Below, in pieces: positions 1-7,904 of a DNA stretch of 64,000 bases. The position numbers and the translations under genes were made by a program. Below the pieces are notes generated by a model. It did not search any database, had not been told where the DNA came from, and saw nothing but the letters and a program-made list of their open reading frames with translations. Every line of letters starts with the position of its first letter. Position 1 is the first letter of the stretch. Source of the DNA: Spirochaetota bacterium (GTDB lineage: Bacteria > Spirochaetota > UBA4802 > UBA5550); the NCBI GenBank assembly GCA_016933025.1, contig JAFGBT010000006.1:155078-219077 (forward strand), in the 5' to 3' direction.

Positions 1-638
1 CGCAGATCACTTTTGACGGGTAGTCCCACATGACCCGGTTCGCCATCCTGACCGTTTCCACCATGTCCTTCCTCGAGCTGTCGAAGAGCTCCTTGATCTC
101 TCCGAAGTCCATGTCCTCGACGAACCGTCTGAATATCGGCTCAAGCTTTTCGGCAAAATAATGCGGGTTGGCGTCGTGCAGCCCGTTGGTGATGCGCGCG
201 AACGATGTTATGATGGCGCCCGCGTGTCCACGGCCGGTGCCGGCAAACATGCCGTCAAGCAGGGCCTTCTTCTCCTCTGCCGGAAGGCCTTCAATACCCT
301 CGACAAACGAACCGGCCGCGCCCATAATTCCCTCAACGACAACAGGCGCCTCCCTCGTCGCCATCGCGATAAATCCCGGGTCTTTCATCAGAGACGCCAT
401 ATCGCGCGTCGTTTCATCATGTGCCCGGCTGATGAAACCGCCGGCGGCGATCTTTTCCAGGATCAGCGCCATCAGCTTTTTAATCGGGTTTCTCCCCGCC
501 CACTGGCCGAGAATGGCCGGAAGGATTCCCCCGATAATGCTGTTGAATTCTCTTGTTTCCGCCACTGCGCCCAGAAGGACGGTCAGCGATTCGGCGAAAT
601 TTCCGCCGGCATCAGTCGTCACCCCGGTTCTGTTCATT
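1..638 (-). CDS. hypothetical protein; 3' end (C-terminus) lies beyond the window start; missed by the ORF track
   Basis: Manual reverse-complement translation gives a clean frame (MNRTGVTTDAGGNFAESLTVLLG...RMANRVMWDYPSKVIC) from ATG at 636-638, preceded by GGGGAG. The two + strand ORFs 161-640 and 168-689 are low-complexity antisense products. Confidence 0.5.
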
Positions 639-709
639 GAACACTCCCCCTCTGTTGATGTGGCCGGCCTGGCGCGACCCGCGTCCTGAAACAGGGGCCA
701 TCATCATGT

Positions 710-1318
710 TTACACTTTCATTTTCGATTTCCCTTTCGGCTTTGATCCGGCATCCTGCCTCAATTTCTTTACGCAATCCATAAACATATCGAGAAACAGG
801 CCAAGCTGTTCGCGGAAAGATGCATCATCATGCAGCATGAGATCGTAATACATGAGCCCGATCATGTGCGTATATATGAACTTCGAGAGCTTCTCCGGCA
901 CGTTGAGATTGTCCGCCATTGCGTCTATGTAATACTGGATATATTCCCTTGTCACCCTCCCCTTGTCGGGACCGTGGTAGTTCCTGAAAAAATCGAGAGC
1001 CAGCAGGATGATGCTCTGATAATAGCTTTTATTGTCAGACCAGTGCTTTCCGTACACCTTCAGTTTTTCCTCGATAGTAAACGATTCATCAACCTGCTCG
1101 AGCACGGAAGCAACGTCGCTGTGGCTCATGTGGTCCGCCATATAGGCGAAAATGGCCTCTTTCGTGGGAAAGTAATGGTAGAGGAGCCCGGTGGAAACGC
1201 CAAGCTCTTTCGATATCTCCCGCATCGTGACATTTGCGTAGCCTTTTCTGCCGAAGAGTTCCATGCATTTATCAGCCAATTCTTTCCGGTATTTTTCATG
1301 GTCGACTATTTTTGGCAT
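710..1318 (-). CDS. TetR/AcrR family transcriptional regulator
   Basis: N-terminal HTH TMREISKELGVSTGLLYHYFPTKEAIF; about 200 aa; same orientation as the gene at the window start. Confidence 0.85.
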   Translation of the reverse strand: MPKIVDHEKYRKELADKCMELFGRKGYANVTMREISKELGVSTGLLYHYFPTKEAIFAYMADHMSHSDVASVLEQVDESFTIEEKLKVYGKHWSDNKSYYQSIILLALDFFRNYHGPDKGRVTREYIQYYIDAMADNLNVPEKLSKFIYTHMIGLMYYDLMLHDDASFREQLGLFLDMFMDCVKKLRQDAGSKPKGKSKMKV

Positions 1319-1349
1319 GTTACCCGTTCCTTGTGCTTTGATACAAAGG

Positions 1350-2720
1350 TCATCTTTTCACTGTCTTCGTTTTTGCCTTTGTCTTCGTCTTCACTTTTGC
1401 TTTCGATTTCAACGGCAGCTTCTTTTCAACAGACAGCTGCTTCGAAAGGCGCTTCGCCAGCGCAAGCAGCGTCAATGTCGGAGGCAGTCCCCACGGCTCC
1501 GGTATGACAGAGCAGTCGCATACCCAGAGGTTTTCAAACTTCTTCACCTTCAGGTTGGAATCGAGTATCTGCCCGATCTTCACGGTGCCTCCCGGATGCG
1601 CCGCCAGGTACGTGGTCCTGTATATCCCCCTGGCGCCGGCCTTCTCCAGTATCTCTGTAGCCCGGCGATATCCGTCCCTCAGCTTTGCCTTGTCCGCTTC
1701 GGTAAGCGCCTTGCGCACACCGCCGCTGTCTGTAATCCTGCCGCTCAGACCGTCCCTCGCCTTTATCATGATCCGCAGCGTCCTGCCTGACTCGAAGAGA
1801 CGCCAGAACCTGAATGCGCCCAGAGCGAAGACCGTCTTGTCGATTATTGCCGGAACGGCCATGTCGGTCATCACGTAGCCTTCCTCCGCCATGAGGCAAC
1901 CGGCGGACATCGGGATCTCGCATTTCAGTTTCCGCGGCGTCTTCACCCTCCCGCACACCGTGATAAGCGGGTCGTAAAAAAAATTATACCCGGCTTCCTT
2001 CACGCCACTCGCGCGCAGAATGACCGCAGACCCTATCCCGCCGGCCGATATGACAATCTTCGGCGCGAAAGCCCTGTGCAGTTTGCCCTTTATTTTAAAC
2101 TCGACACCGACCGCCTTCCTCCCATTAAAAATCACCTTCATCACCCTCGCCTTGTTGAGCAACTCCGCGCCTGTCTTGACCGCGTCGTCTATGAACATCC
2201 GCGAGCTCCACTTGACCCCGTGCGGATCGCCGTAATATCCGAATTTGAACCTCGGCTGCCATCGGTCCTGATACATAAACTTGTCGAGCTTCTTCCATTC
2301 GTACCCGAGGGCCTGTGCGGCCTTCATGATCTTCTTCGCCATCGGCGTCATCATCGCATCTTTCAGAGGAGCGATGGGGACCTCCTTCCTGATCTCTCTT
2401 TCCTCCTGTGTAACGTCGATACCGTATTTCGCCAGCATTGCATGGGGAACCGGGAATGCTGTTGCGTAGTAGAAGAGGGAACTTCCGCCGGTGGCGATCC
2501 CCCTTACCATGCCGACCATCTGCCCGGTTATAAAAAGGCTTTTCCCGGGTATGCACTGTTCCAGAACATATTGCCTGAGCGTCCCCCTGACGGGTCCCCC
2601 CGGCCCCCATTCAAGGATCAAGACCCTCTGCCCTTTCCCTGATAATTCCTTTGCAACGGTTGCTCCCCCCGGGCCGGTACCCACAACGATTACATCGAAC
2701 TTCTTGTTTTCGACATCCAT
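1350..2720 (-). CDS. GMC-family FAD-dependent oxidoreductase with Lys-rich C-terminal tail
   Basis: N-terminal dinucleotide-binding DVIVVGTGPGG; GMC-like C-terminal region; GGAAGGAA RBS upstream of ATG. Confidence 0.8.
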   Translation of the reverse strand: MDVENKKFDVIVVGTGPGGATVAKELSGKGQRVLILEWGPGGPVRGTLRQYVLEQCIPGKSLFITGQMVGMVRGIATGGSSLFYYATAFPVPHAMLAKYGIDVTQEEREIRKEVPIAPLKDAMMTPMAKKIMKAAQALGYEWKKLDKFMYQDRWQPRFKFGYYGDPHGVKWSSRMFIDDAVKTGAELLNKARVMKVIFNGRKAVGVEFKIKGKLHRAFAPKIVISAGGIGSAVILRASGVKEAGYNFFYDPLITVCGRVKTPRKLKCEIPMSAGCLMAEEGYVMTDMAVPAIIDKTVFALGAFRFWRLFESGRTLRIMIKARDGLSGRITDSGGVRKALTEADKAKLRDGYRRATEILEKAGARGIYRTTYLAAHPGGTVKIGQILDSNLKVKKFENLWVCDCSVIPEPWGLPPTLTLLALAKRLSKQLSVEKKLPLKSKAKVKTKTKAKTKTVKR

Positions 2721-3048
2721 TGCAGCTTCCTTCCATTCATTGAATTATTAAGGATTCCTTTTTATATCGAACATTCGTTTTAAATAAAATACAAACCAAC
2801 CGGCCGGTTCGTCAACTTTTTTATATAATTTTATTATATATAATTATAAGATTATACACCATTCATGATTGATAAATAGTATAATACACATAGCAGGATA
2901 ACAATCCGCGACCATCAGGGGTAATATTGTGAATAGATTCCTCTGCATCCCTGCAAGGCCTCTCCTTCATAAAAGTTGTTTACAAAAATCACTTCAGTGG
3001 AAACCTTCCTAATGATATCTGCACAGAAAAACTGACAAGGAGTTCTAC
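2721..3048. promoter_or_regulatory. AT-rich (about 25% GC) divergent promoter region between the GMC oxidoreductase and crotonase genes; contains the perfect palindrome ACCGGCCGGT (2799-2808) and TATAAT-like boxes
   Basis: Sharp GC drop in a 60% GC context; flanked by divergent gene starts; palindrome read directly. Confidence 0.4.
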
Positions 3049-3825
3049 ATGTCAACATGCAACTATACGGTTGATGAGCAGGGCGTCGCCTTCATGATCA
3101 TCGACAATCCGCCGATGAACGCCCTGAGCACCCCCGTGATCAACGATATCCGCGAATGCGTTCAGAAGGCGCTCGGCGACAGCGCCGTGCGCGTCATAAT
3201 ATTCACCGGCGCGGGGCGGGCCTTCATCGCCGGAGCCGACATCGGCGAATTCAAGGACCTGAACACGCAGAGGGCCGGGAGCGACTGGCTGAAAAACGGC
3301 CAGGACCTTCTCAACCTCGTGGAAAACGCCGACAAGCCGTTCATCGCCGCGATCAACGGGTTCGCGCTTGGCGGCGGCACGGAGATGGCGCTCGCCTGCC
3401 ACATCCGCCTCGCCGATGAAACGGCCCAGATGGGCCTTCCGGAAATCAAGCTCGGGATAATTCCCGGCTTCGGCGGCACCCAGCGCTCCCCCCGACTCTT
3501 CGGCACGGGACGGGCATACGAGCTCATCCTCTCGGGCAATTTCATCAGCGGGAAGCTGGCCGCCGAATACGGACTGGTCAACCGCTCGACCCCGAAAGGC
3601 ACCGTGGTCGCCGAGGCCAAAAAGCTTGCGGATGCCATCGCGCTCCGCGGCCGCCCCGCTGTCAGGACCGCCATGGACGTCATCCGCAGGGGTATCACGA
3701 TGAATCTCGCCGACGCGCTTACAATGGAGCGCGACGCATTCGGGGCGCTCTGTGAGACAGAAAACAAGCGTGAGGGCGTGGCCGCGTTTCTCGCCAAGCG
3801 GGACCCGGTTCCGAAGGACCTGTAG
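3049..3825 (+). CDS. enoyl-CoA hydratase/isomerase (crotonase family)
   Basis: Crotonase motifs FIAGADI, AAINGFALGGGTEMALACHIRLA; AAGGAG RBS. Confidence 0.85.
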   Translation: MSTCNYTVDEQGVAFMIIDNPPMNALSTPVINDIRECVQKALGDSAVRVIIFTGAGRAFIAGADIGEFKDLNTQRAGSDWLKNGQDLLNLVENADKPFIAAINGFALGGGTEMALACHIRLADETAQMGLPEIKLGIIPGFGGTQRSPRLFGTGRAYELILSGNFISGKLAAEYGLVNRSTPKGTVVAEAKKLADAIALRGRPAVRTAMDVIRRGITMNLADALTMERDAFGALCETENKREGVAAFLAKRDPVPKDL

Positions 3826-3835
3826 GATAATGGCA

Positions 3836-3935
3836 CTGGGCTGTCTCATAAGCCCCCTAAATCCCCCGAAGGGGGACTTTATGGAGCCTAAGCAACTGAA
3901 AAGCCCCCCTCTGGGGGGTTTGGGGGGCGGCGACG
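3836..3935. repeat. G/C-tract modular hairpin repeat, copy R1 (modules CCCCCGAAGGGGGAC and AAGCCCCCCTCTGGGGGGTTTGGGGGGC)
   Basis: Near-identical modules recur at 7744-7872 and in six or more further intergenic spacers. Confidence 0.6.
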
Positions 3936-3978
3936 CAAAAAACTTTTATGACAGCCCCACGCCGCATATCATATTCTC

Positions 3979-4419
3979 ATGAAGCTAATAATAAGGAAAG
4001 CTGCCATCGAGGACATCGACGCCGTATATGCGATCGAGCGGGAAGGACAGGCGCGGTGGAGCCGTCAGCAGTTCGCCGAAGAACTCGGGCTCGCCTTCTC
4101 GCGGTTCGTCGTCGTCGAGAACGGAACTGGAATCATCGGCTTCTCGGTCTCATGGAATGTTGCCGGCGAGATACAGCTGAACAATATCGGCGTCAGGCGG
4201 GAGCGCAGGCGCCGCGGGACGGGCACCCTCCTCATGGAGGAGATGGTCTCCTCCGCGCGTGAACCCGGCATGCAGGGAAAGATATATCTCGAGGTGAGCG
4301 AGCGGAACGAGGCGGCGGTGGCGTTTTACCTCAAAAACGGCTTTACCGCGACCGGCCGCAGGAAGAATTATTACGACACTATCGATGCCATTCTCATGGA
4401 GCGTGAAGTCCGGAAATGA
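3979..4419 (+). CDS. GNAT family N-acetyltransferase (RimI-like)
   Basis: GNAT motif region QLNNIGVRRERRRRGTGTLLM...AFYLKNGF; 146 aa; overlaps the next gene by 4 nt. Confidence 0.75.
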   Translation: MKLIIRKAAIEDIDAVYAIEREGQARWSRQQFAEELGLAFSRFVVVENGTGIIGFSVSWNVAGEIQLNNIGVRRERRRRGTGTLLMEEMVSSAREPGMQGKIYLEVSERNEAAVAFYLKNGFTATGRRKNYYDTIDAILMEREVRK

Positions 4420-5006
4420 AAATTCGCGACGTCTACTATCTGAAAAGCTGCGGGCGGCCGTCCGATTTTCCGCGCTATTCACACCCCGAATTCGCGTTCA
4501 TGGGCAGGTCGAACGTGGGCAAATCGTCCCTCATCAACATGCTGATGAGGAAAAAGGACCTCGTAAAGACCGGATCGAAGCCGGGAGTGACCAAAACCGT
4601 CAACTTCTTCCTGCTGAACGAGCGGATATCGATTGCCGACCTCCCGGGGTACGGATACGCAAAAGTCCCCCAGCAGCTCAAGAAGACCTTCCTCCCGCTC
4701 ATCCGAAGCTATATCGGCAACCGCGAAAACCTGAGGCTCGTCTTTCTCCTCATCGACGTTCGAAGGATACCCGACAGCTTCGAGCTCGACATCCTCGCCC
4801 TCCTGGCCAAAAACCGTATACCATCCGTAATAACCCTTACCAAGTGCGACAAGCTTTCGCGCAACCAGCGGACGAAAAGCATACGAACCATCAGCGAGGC
4901 GCTCGGAGTTCAGATGGATGCGCTCTTCCCGACATCCGCAAAAACCGGGGACGGGAGAAAAGAACTGCTCGGCCTTATGGAAGAATACGCGGCCGGCGGG
5001 AATTAG
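4416..5006 (+). CDS. engB: ribosome biogenesis GTP-binding protein YihA/EngB
   Basis: G1 motif GRSNVGKSS, G3 DLPGYG, G4 TKCDK; typical 196-aa length. Confidence 0.85.
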   Translation: MKIRDVYYLKSCGRPSDFPRYSHPEFAFMGRSNVGKSSLINMLMRKKDLVKTGSKPGVTKTVNFFLLNERISIADLPGYGYAKVPQQLKKTFLPLIRSYIGNRENLRLVFLLIDVRRIPDSFELDILALLAKNRIPSVITLTKCDKLSRNQRTKSIRTISEALGVQMDALFPTSAKTGDGRKELLGLMEEYAAGGN

Positions 5007-5800
5007 CCGCGCTCGGTTATCTCGGCATACTTGCTCCGAATGTCCTTGTACTGCACCTTGTCGTTGAAGATCTTGTACTGGTTCTTCCCGGAATACTTGG
5101 CGTCGTACAGGGCGTCGTCGGCGGCCTTCTGGAGCTTGAGATACTCCTGCTTGATGGCGTCCGTGTTGATTCGCTTCAGCCTGTTGAATTCCATTGCGAA
5201 AATCGCCACCCCCGCGCTTACGGTGACCCGGACGTCCATGTTGTCGAAGTTGTACTTCAGAGCGCGCAGGTTCTTGTATATCTTGTCGAGGTATGTCACC
5301 GCACCCTTCAGGTCGGTAGAGGGCAGGATCACGTCGAACTCCTCTCCCCCGAAGCGGATTATGTAATCCGTCGGACGGGAATACGTTTTCAGGATCGAAG
5401 CGAGATCGATAAGCACGATGTCGCCCTTGTCATGGCCGAAGCGGTTGTTAAGCTTGGAAAAGTTGTCGATATCGAAGCGGATATAGGAGATTGTGTACTT
5501 GTCGTTCGGGATCATGTCCAGGATCCTGGACGCCGACTTGATGATCATGGTAAGATAGTCGTCCCGGTATTTGAGGAGGTTCGTCTTCCAATCGATGTTG
5601 ACTTTTTCTTCGAGGATGTTGTTCTTGTCGAGAAGCGAGTGATACTCGAAGTTCAGCTTCCTGAGCGTTTCCATAACGTCGTCTTCAACCGCCCCGCTCT
5701 TGTACAGGTGCGTCATGATGTTTATGACATGCAGGTCGAACAGCCCGAGCTCCCGTTCAGTTCTGTCCCGGTCATCAGTAGCCATTTTCCTCTCCTTCAC
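5003..5800 (-). CDS. GGDEF-domain diguanylate cyclase
   Basis: Active-site motif RFGGEEF; GGDEF-domain architecture. Confidence 0.85.
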   Translation of the reverse strand: MKERKMATDDRDRTERELGLFDLHVINIMTHLYKSGAVEDDVMETLRKLNFEYHSLLDKNNILEEKVNIDWKTNLLKYRDDYLTMIIKSASRILDMIPNDKYTISYIRFDIDNFSKLNNRFGHDKGDIVLIDLASILKTYSRPTDYIIRFGGEEFDVILPSTDLKGAVTYLDKIYKNLRALKYNFDNMDVRVTVSAGVAIFAMEFNRLKRINTDAIKQEYLKLQKAADDALYDAKYSGKNQYKIFNDKVQYKDIRSKYAEITERG

Positions 5801-6035
5801 CCGATTGGAAATATCCGCTCATCCCCGCCTGACAACGGCCGCTTATTAGTGGAAACAGATATCGATGTGCAACCGGAAACGCCAACGGTGATTAAAGTAA
5901 AGCAGCTCAATACATCCTGTCAAGTTATAATTTGAACAGGAAGCGCTCTCTGGTGAAGAGGGGAGCGGGACAAAAAAATCTACACCTGCACCTCGCCGCG
6001 CCGCCCGGCATGCTTCGGCCGTGCCGACACTGATC

Positions 6036-6641
6036 TCAGACCTGTGTCATAAGGTACATTATGCGACTGGCCCTGTCAGCCTTGACTTCCGACATCTTCT
6101 GCATGAGGTATGGTGTGATGCTTGTCCTGCCTGCCTCCAGCGCATTCGCGTCAATCTGCCTGAGCACATCGATGATCAGCGTATCTTCCCAGTTCAACAT
6201 TATGCTTACCGCATTTGCCGGCGGCATGTTCACCATCTTGTCGGCGAGCACCTTCACGTTCTGGCGGTAGCCCGAATAACGAGTCTTCTCCTGGTCTAAT
6301 TTCTTTTTCTCGAGGTCCAGCCCCTTGCGCACCTCTTCCATCTTTTCTTTCTGAGCGTCGAGATCCTTTTCTCTTTCAGCGATCAGAGCCTCACGCTTGT
6401 CCAGGCTCTCAACCCGCTCCGCAAACTTCTGTTTCTCCTTTTCGAACTCCTCGCGCTCAACAAGCGACGGCTCGTCGCCACCAGCCTCGGTCACGAGCTC
6501 CGGCTCGCCCCTGAAGCGGTTTACATACGATGAGATGTCGAAGAGACCGATGTAATCGAGCCAGAAAAGGCCGAACCCGGATATAAAAAATATCAGCAGA
6601 ATCAGGTAAAGAATCTTTGCCCTGTTTGATATGTTTCTCAT
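6036..6641 (-). CDS. YlxF/FlbB/MotE-like flagellar-operon protein (TM anchor, coiled coil, MgtE_N-like C-terminal domain)
   Basis: Hydrophobic N-terminus, long charged coiled coil, C-terminal LIIDVLRQIDANALEAGRTSITPYLMQKMSE; position after fliJ. Start chosen at the internal Met with GGTGGAGG RBS (the ORF track extends to 6683). Confidence 0.5.
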   Translation of the reverse strand: MRNISNRAKILYLILLIFFISGFGLFWLDYIGLFDISSYVNRFRGEPELVTEAGGDEPSLVEREEFEKEKQKFAERVESLDKREALIAEREKDLDAQKEKMEEVRKGLDLEKKKLDQEKTRYSGYRQNVKVLADKMVNMPPANAVSIMLNWEDTLIIDVLRQIDANALEAGRTSITPYLMQKMSEVKADRASRIMYLMTQV

Positions 6642-6690
6642 GCACAACCTCCACCGCGGCGCGTCACCGGGCCGCCCCGGCACATAATTC

Positions 6691-7257
6691 TCATTCGCTG
6701 TTCTTCACGTAGGCGTCGATCACCTTCTTAACGTACTCCTGGGTTTCAGGGAAATCGGGTACGCCGCCGCTCTCGTTGACCGCCCTTCTCCCGGCGTTGT
6801 AGGCGGATAGTGCCTTTTTGTAATCTCCGTCATACTCGACGAGCAGATCTTTCAGCATCGTCACGCCGGCGCTTATGTTCTCGCCCGGGTTAAAGGGGTC
6901 CTTCACGCCCAGATCGTTGATTACCGAAGGCATTAGCTGCATCAGGCCCTTCGCCCCCTTCGGGGAGACGGCCCGGGGATTGTAGTTCGATTCGGTCTCG
7001 ATCACCGCCCTCACCAGCTCGGGAGAGACCCGGTTGGCAAGCGCGTAATGATCGGCCAGCTTCCGTATCTCCTCGACTGTCTTCCCCTCGATCCCCTTGA
7101 CGCCCCGATCGGAAGCGACCGCCCGGTCGTGCATGTCCCGATAGGCGTTGCGCGCCCCGCCCTCCGCGGGCAGGGACGCCGGCCGGTGCCGCCCGATCCC
7201 GAATCTGCTGCGGATCTCGTTGATCCGCTTCATGACCGTAAACATGTTGTCTATCAT
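6691..7257 (-). CDS. lytic transglycosylase (SLT domain), flagellum-associated (FlgJ-like muramidase candidate)
   Basis: SLT signature ETESNYNPRAVSPKGAKGLMQLMP; 2-nt gap after the fliJ stop. Confidence 0.85.
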   Translation of the reverse strand: MIDNMFTVMKRINEIRSRFGIGRHRPASLPAEGGARNAYRDMHDRAVASDRGVKGIEGKTVEEIRKLADHYALANRVSPELVRAVIETESNYNPRAVSPKGAKGLMQLMPSVINDLGVKDPFNPGENISAGVTMLKDLLVEYDGDYKKALSAYNAGRRAVNESGGVPDFPETQEYVKKVIDAYVKNSE

Positions 7258-7258
7258 G

Positions 7259-7717
7259 CTAAGCCGATTCCCTCTTTCTCATAGCGTATATTTTCTGATT
7301 GGTCTCGTCATTCTCCTTATTCAGCTCCCTGTTGACCTCGTATGCGTGCTGAGCCTGTTTCCGGTCCCTGAGCTTTTCCACGACCTTGCGGGCGCGCGAG
7401 GCCTCGACCAGCCGGGACCTGACCTCCTGGATCTGCGGCTCCATTCCCCTGATCCTCTCTTCGGCCGTGTCAATGGCTCTCAGCGACACGTCCACGAACC
7501 GCTCGAACAGGATGGCCTCGCCGGATGAAAATGCTCCACGCTTCAGCCTTTCGCCGAAGAGAGACTTCTGCTCCTCAATCCGGCGTCTGAGTTCCGCCTG
7601 TCTTTCGCGCTCGCGGTTCTGGACGCTCAGTATCCTTGCGAGCTCATACTGGATCTCCCGTTCACGGGCCTCCCGGATATTGAGCAGTGTCTGGAGCTTG
7701 AACTTGAATTTTTTCAT
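7259..7717 (-). CDS. fliJ: flagellar export chaperone FliJ
   Basis: 152-aa charged coiled-coil protein immediately downstream of fliI; FliJ-like N-terminus KFKLQTLLNIRE. Confidence 0.7.
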   Translation of the reverse strand: MKKFKFKLQTLLNIREAREREIQYELARILSVQNRERERQAELRRRIEEQKSLFGERLKRGAFSSGEAILFERFVDVSLRAIDTAEERIRGMEPQIQEVRSRLVEASRARKVVEKLRDRKQAQHAYEVNRELNKENDETNQKIYAMRKRESA

Positions 7718-7743
7718 GATACTATCCTGCCCACTTCAGCTTG

Positions 7744-7872
7744 CTCACAAGCCCCCTAAATCCCCCGAAGGGGGACCGCCCTCACCCCCTTCCCCTCTCC
7801 CACAGGGAGAGGGGAGAAGGTATCATAGACATGTTACTAAAGCCCCCCTCTGGGGGGTTTGGGGGGCATCGC
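7744..7872. repeat. G/C-tract modular hairpin repeat, copy R2, inserted in the fliI-fliJ spacer
   Basis: CCCCCGAAGGGGGAC, CCCCTCTCCCACAGGGAGAGGGG, AAAGCCCCCCTCTGGGGGGTTTGGGGGGC; shares over 60 nt with R1. Confidence 0.6.
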
Positions 7873-7904
7873 AACAGGGAGCGCCCCGCCTTCAAAAGCG
7901 TACA

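Noticed and set aside
161-689. + strand ORFs 161-640 and 168-689 at the window start
   Set aside because: Low-complexity antisense translations; the real gene is on the minus strand (1-638) and is confirmed by manual translation.
3752-3982. Small ORFs 3752-3982, 7741-8145 and 54480-54716 (SPLNPPKGD, KPPSGGFGG-type peptides)
   Set aside because: They are translations of the G/C-tract repeat modules and recur only because the DNA repeat recurs; there is no RBS or coding signal.
4385-5935. 516-aa + strand ORF
   Set aside because: Arg/Pro-rich with no domains; antisense to the well-supported GGDEF gene; a high-GC artefact.
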